A DNA stretch of 64,000 bases from Mobula hypostoma (taxonomy: Eukaryota). Location: NCBI RefSeq assembly GCF_963921235.1, contig NC_086097.1, forward strand, positions 247,568,001 through 247,632,000, read 5' to 3'. The notes under the pieces were generated by a model. It did no database searches. It was not told the DNA's origin and was given only the letters and a program-made list of their open reading frames with translations. The translations under genes were made by a program, and so were the position numbers. Of the stretch, positions 35,622 to 48,684 are shown in pieces (within the stretch, counting starts at the first letter, position 1; each line of letters begins with the position of its first letter).

Positions 35622-38208
35622 TAATAGACAATAGACAAAAGACAATAGATGCAGAAGTAGACCATTCGGCCCTTCGAGCCTGCACCGCCATTCTGAGATC
35701 ATAGCTGATCATCTACTATCAATATCCGGTTCCTGCCTTGTCCCCATAACTCTTGATTCCCCTATCCATAAGATACCTATCTAGCTCCTTCTTGAAAGCA
35801 TCCAGAGAATTGGCCTCCACTGCCTTCTGAGGCAGCGCATTCCACACCTCCACAACTTTCTGGGAGAAGAAGTTCCTCTTCAACTCTGTCCTAAATGACC
35901 TACCCCTTATTCTTAAACCATGCCCTCTGGTACTGGACTCTCCCAGCATCTGGAACATATTTCCTGCCTCTATCTTGTCCAATCCCTTAATAATCTTATA
36001 TGACTCAATCAGATCCCCCCTCAACCTCCTTAATTCCAGCGTGTACAAGCCCAGTCTCTCTAACCTCTCTGTGTAAGACAGTCCGGACATCCCAGGAATT
36101 AACCTAGTGAACCTACACTGCACCTCCTCCACAGCCAGGATGTCTTTCCTTAACCCTGGAGACCAAAACTGCACACAATACTCCAGGTGTGGTCTCACCA
36201 GGGCCCTGTACAATTGCAAAAGGATTTCCTTGCTCTTGTACTCAATTCCCTTTGTAATAAAGGCCAACATTCCATTAGCCTTCTTCACTGCCTGCTGCAC
36301 TTGCTCATTCACCTTCAGAGACTGATGAACAAGTACTCCTAGATCTCTTTGTATTTCTCCCTTACCTAACTCTACACCGTTCAGATAATAATCTGCCTTC
36401 CTGTTCTTGCTCCCAAAGTGAATAACCTCACACTTATTCACATTAAACACCATCTGCCAAGTTTCTGCCCACTCACCCAGCCTATCCAAGTCACCTTGAA
36501 TTCTCCTAACATCCTCATCACATTTCACACTGCCACTCAGCTTAGTATCATCAGCAAACTTGCTGATGTTATTCACAATGCCTTCCTCTAAATCATTGAT
36601 GTAAATCGTAAACAGCTGTGGTCCCAATACCGAGCCCTGTGGCACCCCACTAGTCACCACCTGCCATTCCGAGAAACACCCATTCACTGCTACCCTTTGC
36701 TTTCTATCTGCCAACCAGTTTTCTATCCATGTCAATATCCTCCGCCCAATGCCATGAGCTCTGATTTTACCCACCAATCTTCTATGTGGTACCTTATCAA
36801 ATTCCTTCTGAAAGTCAAGGTACACCACATCCACTGGATCTCCCGCGTCTATCTTCCTGGTTACATCCTCGAAAAACTCCAATAGATTAGTCAAGCATGA
36901 TTTGCCCTTGGTAAATCCATGCTGGCTCGGCCCAATCTTATCACTTCTATCAAGATATGCCGCTATTTCATCTTTAATAATGGACTCTAGCATCTTCCCC
37001 ACTACTGATGTTAGGCTAACAGGGCAATAGTTCTCTGTTTTCTCCCTCCCTCCTTTCTTAAAAAGTGGGATAACATTAGCCATTCGCCAATCCTCAGGAT
37101 CTGATCCTGAATCTAAGGAACATTGGAAAATTATCACCAATGCATCAGCAATTTCCAGAGCCACCTCCTTTAGTACCCTAGGATGCAGACCATCTGGACC
37201 TGGGGATTTGTTAGCCTTCAGTCCCATCAGTCTACTCATCACCATTTCCTTCCTAATGTCAATCTGTTTCAGTTCCTCTGTTACCCTATGTCCTTGGCCC
37301 ATCCATACATCTGGGAGATTGCTTGTGTCTTCCCTAGTGAAGACAGATCCAAAGTACTTATTAAATTCGTCTGCCATTTCTCTGTTTCCCATAACAATTT
37401 CTCCCAATTCATTCTTCAAGGGCCCAACATTGTTCTTAACTATCTTCCTTCTCTTCACATACCTAAAAAAACTTTTGCCATCCTCCTTTATATTCCTAGC
37501 TAGCTTGCGTTCATACCTTATTTTTTCTCCCCATATTGTCTTTTTAGTTAAGTTCTGTTGCTCCTTAAATATTTCCCAATCATCCGTCTTCCCACTCACC
37601 TTAGCTCTGTTATACTTTTTTAATGCTATGCTATCTCTGACTTCCTTTGTCAACCCCTTTGAATCCTTCCTTCTCTGGGGGATGAACTGATTTTGCACCT
37701 TGTGCATTATTCCCAAGAATACCTGCCATTGCTGTTCCACTGTCTTTTCTGCTAGGATATCCGACCAGTCAACTTTGGCCAGCTCCTCCCTCATGGCTCC
37801 ATAGTCTCCTTTGTTCAACTGCAATACTGACACTTCTGATCTGCCCTTATCCCTCTCAACTTGCAGATAAAAACTTATCACATTATGGTCACTACCTCCT
37901 AATGGCTCCTTTACTTCAAGATCACTTAACAAATCCTGTTCATTGCACAACACTAAATCCAGAATAGCCTTATCCCTGGTCGGCTCTCATACAAGCTGCT
38001 CCAAAAATGCATCCCGTAGGCACTCTACAAACTCCCTATCCTGGGGTCTAGTACCAACCTAATTTTTCCAGTTCACCTGCATGTTGAAATCCCCCATAAC
38101 TACTGCGACATTACCTTTGCCACATGCCATTGTTAACTCCCTATTTAACTTGCACCCAATATCCATGTTACTGTTTGGGGGCCTGTAGATAACACCTATT
38201 AGGGTCTT
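35622..38208 (-). mobile_element. CR1 LINE, 5'-truncated, inserted into an older plus-strand CR1 (35215-35620 / 38209-38380)
   Basis: 744-aa ORF; (TTGTCTA)n tail; upstream endonuclease region (IYRPP, MGDFN) carries two stops. Confidence 0.95.
35719..37953 (-). CDS. CR1 ORF2 (partial APE endonuclease plus RT), 744 aa open
   Basis: LGGSDH, SPGPDG, QHGF, GVPQGSVLGP, KFADDTK. Confidence 0.9.
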   Translation of the reverse strand: MLCNEQDLLSDLEVKEPLGGSDHNVISFYLQVERDKGRSEVSVLQLNKGDYGAMREELAKVDWSDILAEKTVEQQWQVFLGIMHKVQNQFIPQRRKDSKGLTKEVRDSIALKKYNRAKVSGKTDDWEIFKEQQNLTKKTIWGEKIRYERKLARNIKEDGKSFFRYVKRRKIVKNNVGPLKNELGEIVMGNREMADEFNKYFGSVFTREDTSNLPDVWMGQGHRVTEELKQIDIRKEMVMSRLMGLKANKSPGPDGLHPRVLKEVALEIADALVIIFQCSLDSGSDPEDWRMANVIPLFKKGGREKTENYCPVSLTSVVGKMLESIIKDEIAAYLDRSDKIGPSQHGFTKGKSCLTNLLEFFEDVTRKIDAGDPVDVVYLDFQKEFDKVPHRRLVGKIRAHGIGRRILTWIENWLADRKQRVAVNGCFSEWQVVTSGVPQGSVLGPQLFTIYINDLEEGIVNNISKFADDTKLSGSVKCDEDVRRIQGDLDRLGEWAETWQMVFNVNKCEVIHFGSKNRKADYYLNGVELGKGEIQRDLGVLVHQSLKVNEQVQQAVKKANGMLAFITKGIEYKSKEILLQLYRALVRPHLEYCVQFWSPGLRKDILAVEEVQCRFTRLIPGMSGLSYTERLERLGLYTLELRRLRGDLIESYKIIKGLDKIEAGNMFQMLGESSTRGHGLRIRGRSFRTELKRNFFSQKVVEVWNALPQKAVEANSLDAFKKELDRYLMDRGIKSYGDKAGTGY

Positions 38209-38677
38209 TTAAGGCAGATTGAAGGCAGAGGTTGATAGATTCTTGATTAGTCAGGGCACGAAAGGATACAGGGGGAAGACAAGAGATTTGGGCTGAGAGG
38301 AAAATTGGATCAACCATGATGAGATGGTAGAGCGGACTGGATGGGCCAAAAACCAATCCTCTATATCTTATGGTCTTATTGGAAGCATCCTTCTCACGTC
38401 AACCATAACCAGGTCTTTCAATATTCAATAGATTTCATTGAGATACCCATCTTTCTTAAAAACTCCAAAATATAAATTTCTAAACTTCTAAATATAACAA
38501 GTGCATCATAGCCTCATGGAACATTCCTGTGCAAGAGGTAAAAATATGTCATCTTCTCGTTATCAATCTCAGCTCCAAAATATAAACAAAACAATACACT
38601 TGCTTAAATTTGTAATTTGAGAATAGATTCTACAAGAAATTTTTTAGATGTTGGTAAAATAAAATATATTGATAAAG

Positions 38678-39152
38678 AGGGTGGCAGTGAGGAGATACGT
38701 CTCTACCAAAGGAGATGTATCATTTCTCAATGCATGCATTCCAAATGACAATAAAAGAGGACTACGTGTCTTCATAATCTAATCTAAGTTGCTCCTTGCC
38801 TCCGCTACCCTGCAGGTCACCTTTGGGCAAGGTGTAGTACCTGCTCAGCTCCCCCGATCAGGGTAACATGAAGCCATGGGAGCAGGTGGTGGAAAGTCGT
38901 ATGAGCGGCTGGTGCATATCACAAGTCCTGATTATGTGACCATTGATGCCAGGCAGACAACCTCTGAAGAGTATTGATAACGGCTGGAGTCAACTGTCTT
39001 GTAAAGGCTCTGTCCAGAAGAAGGTAATGGTAAACCACTTCTATAGAAAAATTTGTCAAGAAAATCATGGTCATGAGACCATGATTGCCCACGTCATACG
39101 ACACGGCACATAATGATGATGTCATACAACATGGCACAGAATGATGATGATG
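38678..39152 (+). mobile_element. RTE (Bov-A-like) derived SINE, containing a ~65-bp 3' end of the 792-1469 family at ~38721-38785
   Basis: AGAAGAAGGTAATGGTAAACCACTTC motif, (ATG)n tail; further copies at 48685-49810 and 58715-61330. Confidence 0.75.
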
Positions 39153-39559
39153 ACTGATTAAATGTGGATGTGTGAATAGCGGAGACTTGAAAGTGAAAGA
39201 TGATGATAGTCCAAAATGGTGACTAGGTGAGGCACCTTTGATAGGAAAAACTCACAGTAAGTTATCAAATAAGACCCTCGAGCAGAAACATTATCCCAGA
39301 GTGGAAATGGCTAATATGGGGGTATGTGGAGATGAGACCATGGCCCGATTAGCCATGATCTTATTGAATGGCGGAACAGGCTGAACATTCTCCTGTTCTT
39401 ATGTTCTATTACTTTAAAGTGATTGGAGGAAGGTATCGGGGGGGGGGGGGATGTCAGAGGTAAGACTTTAACACAGAGGAAGGTAAGTTTGTGGACACAC
39501 TGCCAAGGGTGTTGGTAGAGGCAGATACATTAGGGGCATTCAAGGAACTCTTAGATCAA

Positions 39560-42500
39560 AAAGGAATTAGAGGTTGGCCGGATGATGTTGTGGGCATCAC
39601 TGAGTCGGCTGAAAGAAGGCCATAGTTGGGAGCTTAACGTCAAAGAATATACTTTGTTTCAAAAGGACAGCCAGGAAGGCATAGGTGGTGATGTGGCTCT
39701 GTTGGTAAGAGATGGAATTACATCTTTAGAGAGGTGACTTAGGGTCAGAGAATGTTAAATCTTTGTGGGTGGAGTTAAGAAAATGCAAGGGTGAAAAAAC
39801 CATTATGGGAATCATATATAGGCCTCTCCAAATAGTAGCCAAGATGTGGGGTTGAGATTGCAAAGGGAACTGGAAAAGGCATGTAAAAAAGGTAATGACA
39901 CAATTGCAATAGGGGACATCAATATGCAAGGGGATTGGGAAAATCAGGTTGGTGTTTGATTCCATAGAGGGAGTTTGTTGAATGCTTACGAATTGGCTTT
40001 TTAGAGCAGTTTGTGCTCGAGCCTACTTGGGGAAAGGTTATCTTCGACTGGGTGTCGTGTAATAACCCAGATCTTATTAGGAAGGTTGATATAAAGAAAT
40101 CTTTAGGAGACGGTGATCATAATATAATTAAATTCATACAGCACTTTGAGAGGGAGAAGCATAACTCACATGTATCAATATTGCAATGGAATAAAGGGAA
40201 TTACAGAGGCATGAGAGAGGAACTTGCCCAGGTGGATTGGAGGAGGATACTGGCAGGGATGATGGCAGAACAGAAGTGGTTGAAGTTTCTGGAAATATTT
40301 CACAAAGCACAGGATAGATATGTCCCACAAAAGAAGAAGTTCTCAACTGTCAACTGTAGCTGACAAGGGAAGTTAAGGACTTCATAAAAGCAAAGGAAAG
40401 GGCATATAAGGCATCAAAAGTGAGTGGGAAGTTGGATGATTGGGAAGTTTTTAAAATCCAACAAAAGGCAACTAAAAAAGGTATAAGAAGGGAAAAAATG
40501 AAATATGAGGGCAAACCAGCCAATATTATAAAGCAGGATACTGAAAGTATTTTAGTTATATAAAGAGTAAAAGGGAAGTGACAGTTGATATTGGACCATT
40601 GGAAAATGATGCTGGTGAGGTAGCAATGGGGGACAAAGAAATAGCAGATGAACTTAATGGTACTTTGCATTAGTCTTTACTGTGGAAGACACTAGCAGTA
40701 TAGAAACATAGAAACATAGAAAATAGGTGCAGGAGTAGGCCATTTGGCCCTTTGAGCCTGCACCGCCATTTATTATGATCATGGCTGATCATCCCAACTC
40801 AGAACCCTGTACCTGCCTTCTCTCCATACCCCCGATCCCTTTAGCCACAAGGGCCATATCTAACTCCCTCTTAAATATAGCCAATGAACTGGTCTCAACT
40901 GTTTCCTGTGGCAGAGAATTCCACAGATTCACCACTCTCCATGTGAAGAAGTTTTTTCCTCATCTCGGTCCTAAAAGGCTTCCCTTTTATCCTCAAACTA
41001 TGACCCCTCGTTCTGGACTTCCCCAACATCGGGAACAATCTTCCTGCATCTAGCCTGTCCAATCCCTTTAGAATTTTATACGTTTCAGTCAGATTCCCCC
41101 TCAATCTTCTAAATTCCAGAGAGTACAAGCCTAGTCAATCCAGTCTTTCATCATATGAAAGTCCTGCCATCCCAGGAATCAATCTGGTGAACCTTCTTTG
41201 TACTCCCTCTATGGCAAGAATGTCTTTTCTCAGATTAGGGGACCAAAACTGCACACAATACTCCAGGTGTGGTCTCACCAAGGCCTTGTACAACTGCAGT
41301 AGTACCTCCCTGCTCCTGTACTCGAATCCTCTTGCTATGAATGCCAGCATACCATTTGCCTTTTTCACTGCCTGCTGTATGCCAGAGGTTCGTGAGTGCC
41401 AGGGAGCAGGAATGAGTGCCATTGCTTTAAAAAGAAAAATGTGCTCGGCAAACTCAAAGGTCTTAAGGTGGATAAGTCGCCTGGGCCAGATGGACTACAT
41501 CCCAGAGTCCTGAAAGAGGTTGCTGAAGAGATAACGGATGCATTAGTAATGATCTTTTAAGAATCACTTGATCATGGCATGGTCCTGGAGGACTGGACGA
41601 TTGTAAATGTCACTCCATTCTTTAAGAAGGGAGGAAGGCAAAAGAAAGGAAATTATAAGCCAATTAGTCTAACCTCAGTGGTTGGGAAAGTGTTGAAGTC
41701 TAACATTAAGGATGAGGTTTCAGAGTACTTGGAGACTAATGATAAAATAAGTCAAAGTTAGCATGGTTTCTGTGAAGGGAAATCTTGCCTGATAAATTTG
41801 TTACAGTTCTTCAAGGAAGTAACAAGCAGGCTGAACAAAGAAGAGGCAGTGGATATCATTTACTTGGATTTTCAGAAGGCTGTTGATAAGGTGTCACACA
41901 TATAACCATATAACAATTACAGCACGGAAACAGGCCATCTCAGCCCTTCTAGTCCGTGCCGAACTCTTACCCTATCCTATTCCCACCGACCTGCACTCAG
42001 CCTATAACCTTCCATTCCTTTCCTGTCCATATATCTATCCAATTTAACATCAGGCTGCTTAACAAGATAAAATCCTATGGTATTACAGGAAATATACTGG
42101 CATGGATAGTGGAATGGCTGACAGGCAGGAGGCAGCAAGTGGGAACAAAAGGGGCCTTTCCTGGTTGGCTGCCAGTGACTAGTGGTGTTCCTCAGGGGTC
42201 AGCATTGGGTCCGCTACTTTTCACATTGTTTGTCAACGATTTGGATAATGGAATTTGTGGCAAAGTTTGTGGATGATATGAAGGTAGGTGGAGGGGTAGG
42301 TAGTGCTGAGGAAGCAATGTGATTGCATCAGGATTTGGACAAATTGGAAGAACGGGCAAAAAAGCGGCAGATAAAATACAGTGTTGGGAAATGTATGATA
42401 ATGCATTTTGGTAAAAGGAACAATAGTGCGGACTATTATCTAAGTGGGGAGAAAATTCAAATATCAGTGGTGCAAAGGGTTTTAGGAGTCCTCATGCAAG

Positions 42501-43170
42501 ACTCACAGAGATTAAATTACAGGTTGTGTCTGTGGTAAAGAAGGAAAATGCAATGTTGGTATTTATTTCAAGGGGAATAGAATATAAAAGAAAGGAGATA
42601 ATGCTGAGGCTTTATAAGACACTAGTCAGGCTGCACTTGGAGTATTGTCAACTGTTTCAGAAAGGAAAGAGTACAGAGGAGGTTCACAAGGGTGATTCTG
42701 GGAATGAAGGGGTTAACATATGAGGAGCGTTTGGCAGCTTTGGGCCTGATCTCACTGGAATTTAGAAGACTGTGGGGGGGATCTCATTGAAACCTACTGA
42801 ATGTTGCAAGGGCTAGACAGGGTGGATGTGGAGAGGATGTTTCCTATGACGGGTGTACCCAGAACTAGAGGGCACAGCCTCAAAATTTAGGAGCAACCTT
42901 TTAGAATGGAGATGAGGAGGAATTTTTTTTTTAGCTAGAGAGTGGCAAATCTGTGGAATGCTCTGCCATAGACTGCGGTGGAGGCCAAATCTATGGGTGT
43001 ATTTAAGGCAGAAGTTGATAGTTTCCTCATCAGTCAGGGCATCATCGGATTATAGTGAGAAGGCAGGTGTACGGGGTTGAGTGGGATCCAGGATCAGCCA
43101 TGATGGAATGGCGGAGCAGACTCAATGGGCTGCATGGCTCAATTCTCTTCCTATGTCTTTATGGTCTTAT
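39560..43170 (+). mobile_element. Degenerate CR1 (endonuclease to 3' tail) with nested minus-strand CR1 pieces at 40701-41378 and 41902-42048
   Basis: Collinear broken ORF2 peptides ([23 protein letters not shown]); nested copies have their own tails. Confidence 0.85.
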
Positions 43171-43174
43171 CTAT

Positions 43175-43630
43175 AGATCACCTTTCATACATACAATATA
43201 GTTCAAAGTGTGGTAGAATGGGATAAACTACAAACAAGAAAATAAAAGACAAAAAGATGTCAGTTAAAAATAAGGTTAAATAAACAGGTCTTGAGCTGGT
43301 GTTTTAAAAGTCTCAAATGAGTCTACATGCCTTATAGTTTTGGGTATTGAGTTCCACAGTTTAGAGTGTAGTTAAAAAAGCTGACTTGCCAATTTTCTTT
43401 TGAGGGAGATTGTTTAAATTTAAGAGACTGGCGGAAGAAGACCTGAGAGCCCGAGCAGGATTATAAAACGAAAACGATTCTGTGATGTACTCTGGTCCCA
43501 GACCACTGAGAGCTTTAAAAACAAACAATAGAACTTTAAATTCACTTCTAAAAGGTAAGAGGAAGGCAATGCTGGGTAGTTCAGATGGGAGTGATATGCT
43601 CCCTCATGCTGGTTTTAGTCAAAAGTAACG
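43175..43630 (-). mobile_element. L2-clade LINE 3' fragment
   Basis: Reverse complement encodes REHITP..CLPLTFRSEFKVLLFVFKALSGLGPEYI..RALRSSS, typical of the L2 ORF2 C-terminus. Confidence 0.75.
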
Positions 43631-44194
43631 TTGTGCTGTACTGTTCTATATTCATGTTCACTACCAGAAATGTTTCTCCCCATTCCTTGTTTCCTCTACC
43701 TTCCAAGTTCATTCAGTTGCCACCTATTGAATCCCACGTTGCAGATAAGGTTGAGCCTCGCTTCGTTCTGAAGCTGCTCTGAGAAAGGCTTCCCCTGTCA
43801 AGTTGGTTTATAGTGGCAGAAGCAAATATCCCCACAAGGATATTGGTCCCAGTCAGCTAAATGAAAAAGACATAAAATCTTCGTACTCACACAGGTCAAC
43901 ATTTTCACAATGCTCGGCTGCTTTACGGCGTTGATTAAATAAAGTAAAACACCGCAGAGTCTCGGTAATGATGACCATGAATATTATTGCATTGTCATAA
44001 AAATCTTCGAGGGTTCTCGCACTTTATGGAGGAAACCTGCTATTCCTTCCTGTTTAGGGCTATAAATGAGTCCAGTCACACCTCACTGTCAACCATAAAT
44101 GTCCCAGGAAGTAGTCGATCAAAGACACACATTGTACTAATGTACCGCATTTACCAATAAACTGACGACAAATAAAGCAGAGGGCTCCCACAGA

Positions 44195-44350
44195 ACCGTA
44201 GCAGTTAGCGCGACACTATTACAGCTTGGGACATCGGAGTTTGGAATTGCATTCTAACGCTCTTTGTAAGGAATTTGTACGCCCTCCCCGTGGGTTTCCT
44301 TCAGCTACTCCGGTTTCCTTGACAGTCCGAAGATGTACCAGTTAGCAGCT
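44195..44350 (+). mobile_element. V-SINE fragment
   Basis: GTAGCAGTTAGCG head, GTGGGTTTCCTTCAGCTACTCCGGTTTCC V-like domain. Confidence 0.6.
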
Positions 44351-45777
44351 GAATTCAGAAATGGGAATGTGGCTCTCAGTCTAGTCAACATGCAATGACC
44401 TCCTACTGAAACCAGCTGAGGACAGGTGTCTAAACTGGGAGAGCTCAAACCGTAACCGAGTCAAATCTAGCTTGAAATATTCATACTAACAGAATTAGAC
44501 CACAAGACATAGGCCATTCAGCCCATCGAGTCTACTCCATCATTCAATTGCGGCTGCTTTATTTTCCATCTCAACTCCATTCTCCTGTCTTCTCACTGTA
44601 ACTTTCGATATCCTAGCTAATCAAGAACCTATCAACCTCCACTGTAAACTTCCTATAGTCGGGGAGATTAGGACCAGAGGACACAGTCACAGAGTAGACG
44701 AACACCTCTTTAGAACAGAGACGAGGAGGAATTTCTTCAGCCAGTAGGTGGTGACTCTGTGGAATTCAATGCTATAGAGAGCTGTCGAGGCCAAGCCATT
44801 AGGTATATTTAAAGTGGAGGTAGATAGGTTCTTGATTAGACAGGGCATCAAAGGCTATGGGGAGCAGGCAGGTGAGAGGAGTTGAGAGAGTAGTGAATCA
44901 GTCATGATGGCATGGCTGAGCAAGTACAGGCACTGCTGTGCCTTCTTTGCAATGGGATTTAAGTGCTGATGCCTGGACAGATGTCCTGACGTGGTAACAC
45001 CAAAGAATTTAAAGTTACTGTCTCTCTCCACCTCTGATCCCTTAATGAGAACTGGCTCATGGATTGCCACCACCCCTCCCACCGTCCAACCCCTCAGTTT
45101 CTTCCACCTGTAGACAATAATTAGCTCTCTGGTTTTGCTGGTGTTGAGTGAGAGGTTGTTGGTGTGGCACTATTCAAACAGATTTGCAATTTTCCTCCTA
45201 TATCAAGATGCAAGAGTCCATAGTCTGTAGAGCAGAATCCTCAATCCTTCACGGACACTTTAACTAGCTTCTATAGATGTGTGGTGGAGAGTATATAGCC
45301 AGGTATAGAAACGCCAATGCCATTGAACCGAAAATCCTGCAAAAGGTAGTGAATACAGCCAATCCATCACGAGCAAAAGTCCCCCAGGACATGCTCTCTT
45401 CTCGCTGCTGCCATCAGGAAGGTGGAACAGGAAGCTCAGGACTCACACCACCAGGTTCAGGAACAGTTATTACCTCTCAACCATCAGGCTCCTGAACCAA
45501 AGAAGTTAACTTCACTTACCCCATCATTGAAGTGCTCCCACAACCTATGGAAGGACACTTCATCTCATGTTCTTAATATTTATTGTTACAATAATATACT
45601 AAATTAGAATCAGAATCGTGTTTATTATCACCGGCATGTATCGTGAAATTTGTTATACTAAATACCACTAGAATAATCCGAAAGTTCGTAGCAATTGAGA
45701 AATGAGTGTGCTTGGCTATGCCCGTACCTCAGGTTTTACCAGCTTGGGCTGAGAAAATATAAAAATACAATAATAAT

Positions 45778-46971
45778 TCTCAAATGGATTGAGGTCTTGA
45801 CTCTGATTTGGCCACTCCAGGGCATCAACTTTGTGTTTTTAAGCCAGTCCTGTGTAGCTTTGGCTTTATGCTTGGAGTCATTGTCTTGCGGAAAAACAGA
45901 TCTCCCAAGTCACAGTTCCCTTGCAGACTGCATTCATTTAACCTTTACCTTCACAAGCCTTCCAGGCCCTGCTGCAGTGAAGCATCCCCATAGTATGACG
46001 CAGCCATCACCATGCTTCACGGTAGGGATGGTGTGTTTTTGCTGATGTGCAGTGTTTGGCTTGTGCCTAACATAGCATATAATCTGATGGCCAAAAAGCT
46101 CAATTTTGATTTAATCAAACCATAGAAACTTCTTCTAGCTGATTTCAGAGTCTCCCACGTGCCTTCTGGCAAACTCTAGCTGAGATTTCACGTGAGTTTT
46201 TTTTCAACAGTGGCTTTCTCTTTGCCACTCTCCCATAAAGCTGTGACTGGTGAAGCACCCGGGCAACGGTTGTTGTTTGCACGGTCTCTCCCATCTCAGC
46301 CACTGAAGCTTGTAACTCCTCCAGAGTTGTCACAGGTCTCTTGGTGGCCTCCCTCACTAGTCCCCTTCTTGCACGGTCGCTCAGTTTTTGAGGACGGTCT
46401 GCTCTAGGCAGATTTACAGCTGTGCCATATTTCCATTTCTTGATGATTGACATAACTGTACTCCAAGGGATATTCAGTGACGTGACAAACTCCTTGTATC
46501 CTCTCCTGACTTGTGCTTTTCAGTAACTTTTTGTGGAGTTGCTTGGAGTGTTCTTTTGTCTTCATGGTGTAGTTTTTGCCAGGATACTGACTCACCAGCA
46601 GCTGGACCTTCCAGATTCAGGGGTATTCTACTACAATCAATTGAAACACCTTGACTGCACACAGGTCTCCAAAAAACAGATCTCCATTTAACTAATTATG
46701 TGACTTCTAAAACCAACTGGCTGCACCGGTGATGATTTGGTGTGTCATATTAAAGAGGGTGAATACTTATGCAATCAATTATTTTGTGCTTTATATTTGT
46801 AATTAATTTAGATCACTTTGCAGAGATCTGTTTTCACTTTGACACGCAAGACTTTTTTTCTGTTGATCAGTGTCAAAAAAGCCAAATTAAATCCACTGTG
46901 ATTTCATGTTGTAATACAATAAAACATGAAAACTTCCAAGGGGGAGGGGTGAATACTTTTTGTAGGCACTG
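45778..46971 (-). mobile_element. Tc1/mariner element, 3'-truncated, transposase pseudogene
   Basis: Terminal TA-CAGTGCCTACAAAAAGTATTCACCCC; peptides [36 protein letters not shown]. Confidence 0.88.
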
Positions 46972-47087
46972 TATGTACTTTGATAATAAAATTACTTTGA
47001 ACTTTGAACCTCTCGGACTACCATGGGCTCAACTCTGTACTAATGCTTCTTTTGCACAAGCCCTTTTCCCATTGTCCAGTGTATTTA

Positions 47088-47714
47088 AGATTATGAGGAC
47101 ACGCAGTCCTCTTTTATTGTCATTTAGTAATGCATGCATTAAGAAATGATACAATATTTCCTCCTGTGTGATATCACAAAACACAGGACAGACCAAGACT
47201 GAAAAAACTAACAAAACCACATAATTATAACATATAGTTACAACAGTGCAACAATACCATAACTTGATGAAGAACAGTCCATGAGCACAGTAAAAAGTTC
47301 AAAGTCTCTCGAAAGTCCCACATCTCACGCAGACGGGAGAAGGAAGAAAACTCTCCCTGCCATGCCCGACCACAGTCCGACTCTGAGTCGTCCGAAAACT
47401 TCCAGCCTCCGATCAGCCCTCCGACACCGAGTACTGAGCACCACCTCTATCCGAACGATTCGTCCTCAATCTCGGTCGCTGACAGCAGGCAAAGCCGGGG
47501 ATTTTGAGGCCTTCCCTCAGGAAGATTCTCGATCACGCAGTAACGACAGCAGCGAACGAGCGTTTCAGAAATTTCTCCAGATGTTCCTCTGTGCTTTCAC
47601 GTCCATTCTCCATCAAATCAGAATTGTCCACGGCCCCTATTTAACGGATATGATATCATTTTCACCAGAGGGCTGCGCATGCGCAGCGCGCTGCTATCTC
47701 TTCCTCCCGCCATG
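47088..47714 (-). mobile_element. Non-coding, non-autonomous retroelement (family copy 2)
   Basis: Collinear homology with 792-1469; possible TSD ATTTA (47083-47087, 47715-47719). Confidence 0.8.
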
Positions 47715-47804
47715 ATTTATGCATCATTTACGTTGAGCACGTTGTTGTCTGAACCCATGTACCTATGATGCTGCTGAAAATTTTTCATTGTTCTGATAAA
47801 GGGT

Positions 47805-48130
47805 ATTCCTCCAAGAGGACCACAACCTTGTCGTGGTTCGGAGGCTTCCCTGCCTCAGTCACCCGGAGAGCTATGTCGGCTGGAGTCAAGGCTGTTGGTA
47901 GGGTCTCCCATGTCAAATAGATCAAAGGGTAGAGGCCAGACTAAGAGTGGTCCACTGGTCATCCAGGTTTGGGGGTCAGCTCAGAGATAACAACCCTGAC
48001 TGGTCAAACTAAATTGTTATTAAAACAGCAATGAAGAATCCTTCTACCTCTGTGTGTGATGATATAGACAGGGATGGAGGGCCTTCATTGTTGCCCTAAA
48101 TGCCAGTGGCAAAACAGGCAGTACGCAAGT
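47805..48130 (+). mobile_element. Short RTE-clade internally deleted element
   Basis: 5' GGACCACAACCTTGTCGTGG..GAGAGCTATG..TGGTCCACTGG and 3' GACAGGGATGGAGG..GCCCTAAATGCC..AACAGGCAGTA resemble RTE termini (from recall). Confidence 0.6.
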
Positions 48131-48684
48131 TAGATGAGGAGCCCCAGCCGAAACGTGGACTGTTTATTCATTTCCATAGATGCTGGCTGACCTACTGAGT
48201 TCTTCCAGCACTTTGTGAATGTAATAGGAATTGTGTGATTGGATTTGTTCTGGCTTTTCAGCATCTGCAGAATTGCATGTTTTTATGTGTTTTGTTGTAC
48301 CTCTCTGTACTAGCGCACCTGACAATAAACTCAACTTTAAATCCTTAACTCCGGCTCCAGAGCCCATGAAGTCCAAAGGCCTCAGGTCAAACATGGGCAA
48401 GGAAACCTCCTCCTGAAGTTTCCTTACCAACTAGTCTCCGATATCAGCTGATACGTCATTTTGCCTACAGGAGTATGGTAGTATCACGATTGTTCACAGG
48501 GTGGGGTACTGCAATGTCCGTCATCAGGAATGAGTAGGAAACTCTAACAGTGACCAAACTGGTCACGTTCAAGGTATAGCAGACATAACTAAGCCGGTCT
48601 AACCTAGTTGCAGTAGATGCATCTGTCCACGAAAGCACTGACAGAAATTCAGATTCAGATTTATTTATCATATATACTGTACAT

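Noticed and set aside
35719..37953. Long RT ORFs as retron, group II intron, DGR or host genes
   Set aside because: Motifs, 3'UTRs and tails are those of CR1 ORF2; the copies are truncated and multicopy.
43955..44100. Ancient SINE fragment
   Set aside because: Resembles a chondrichthyan SINE from memory, but is too degenerate and single-copy here to call.
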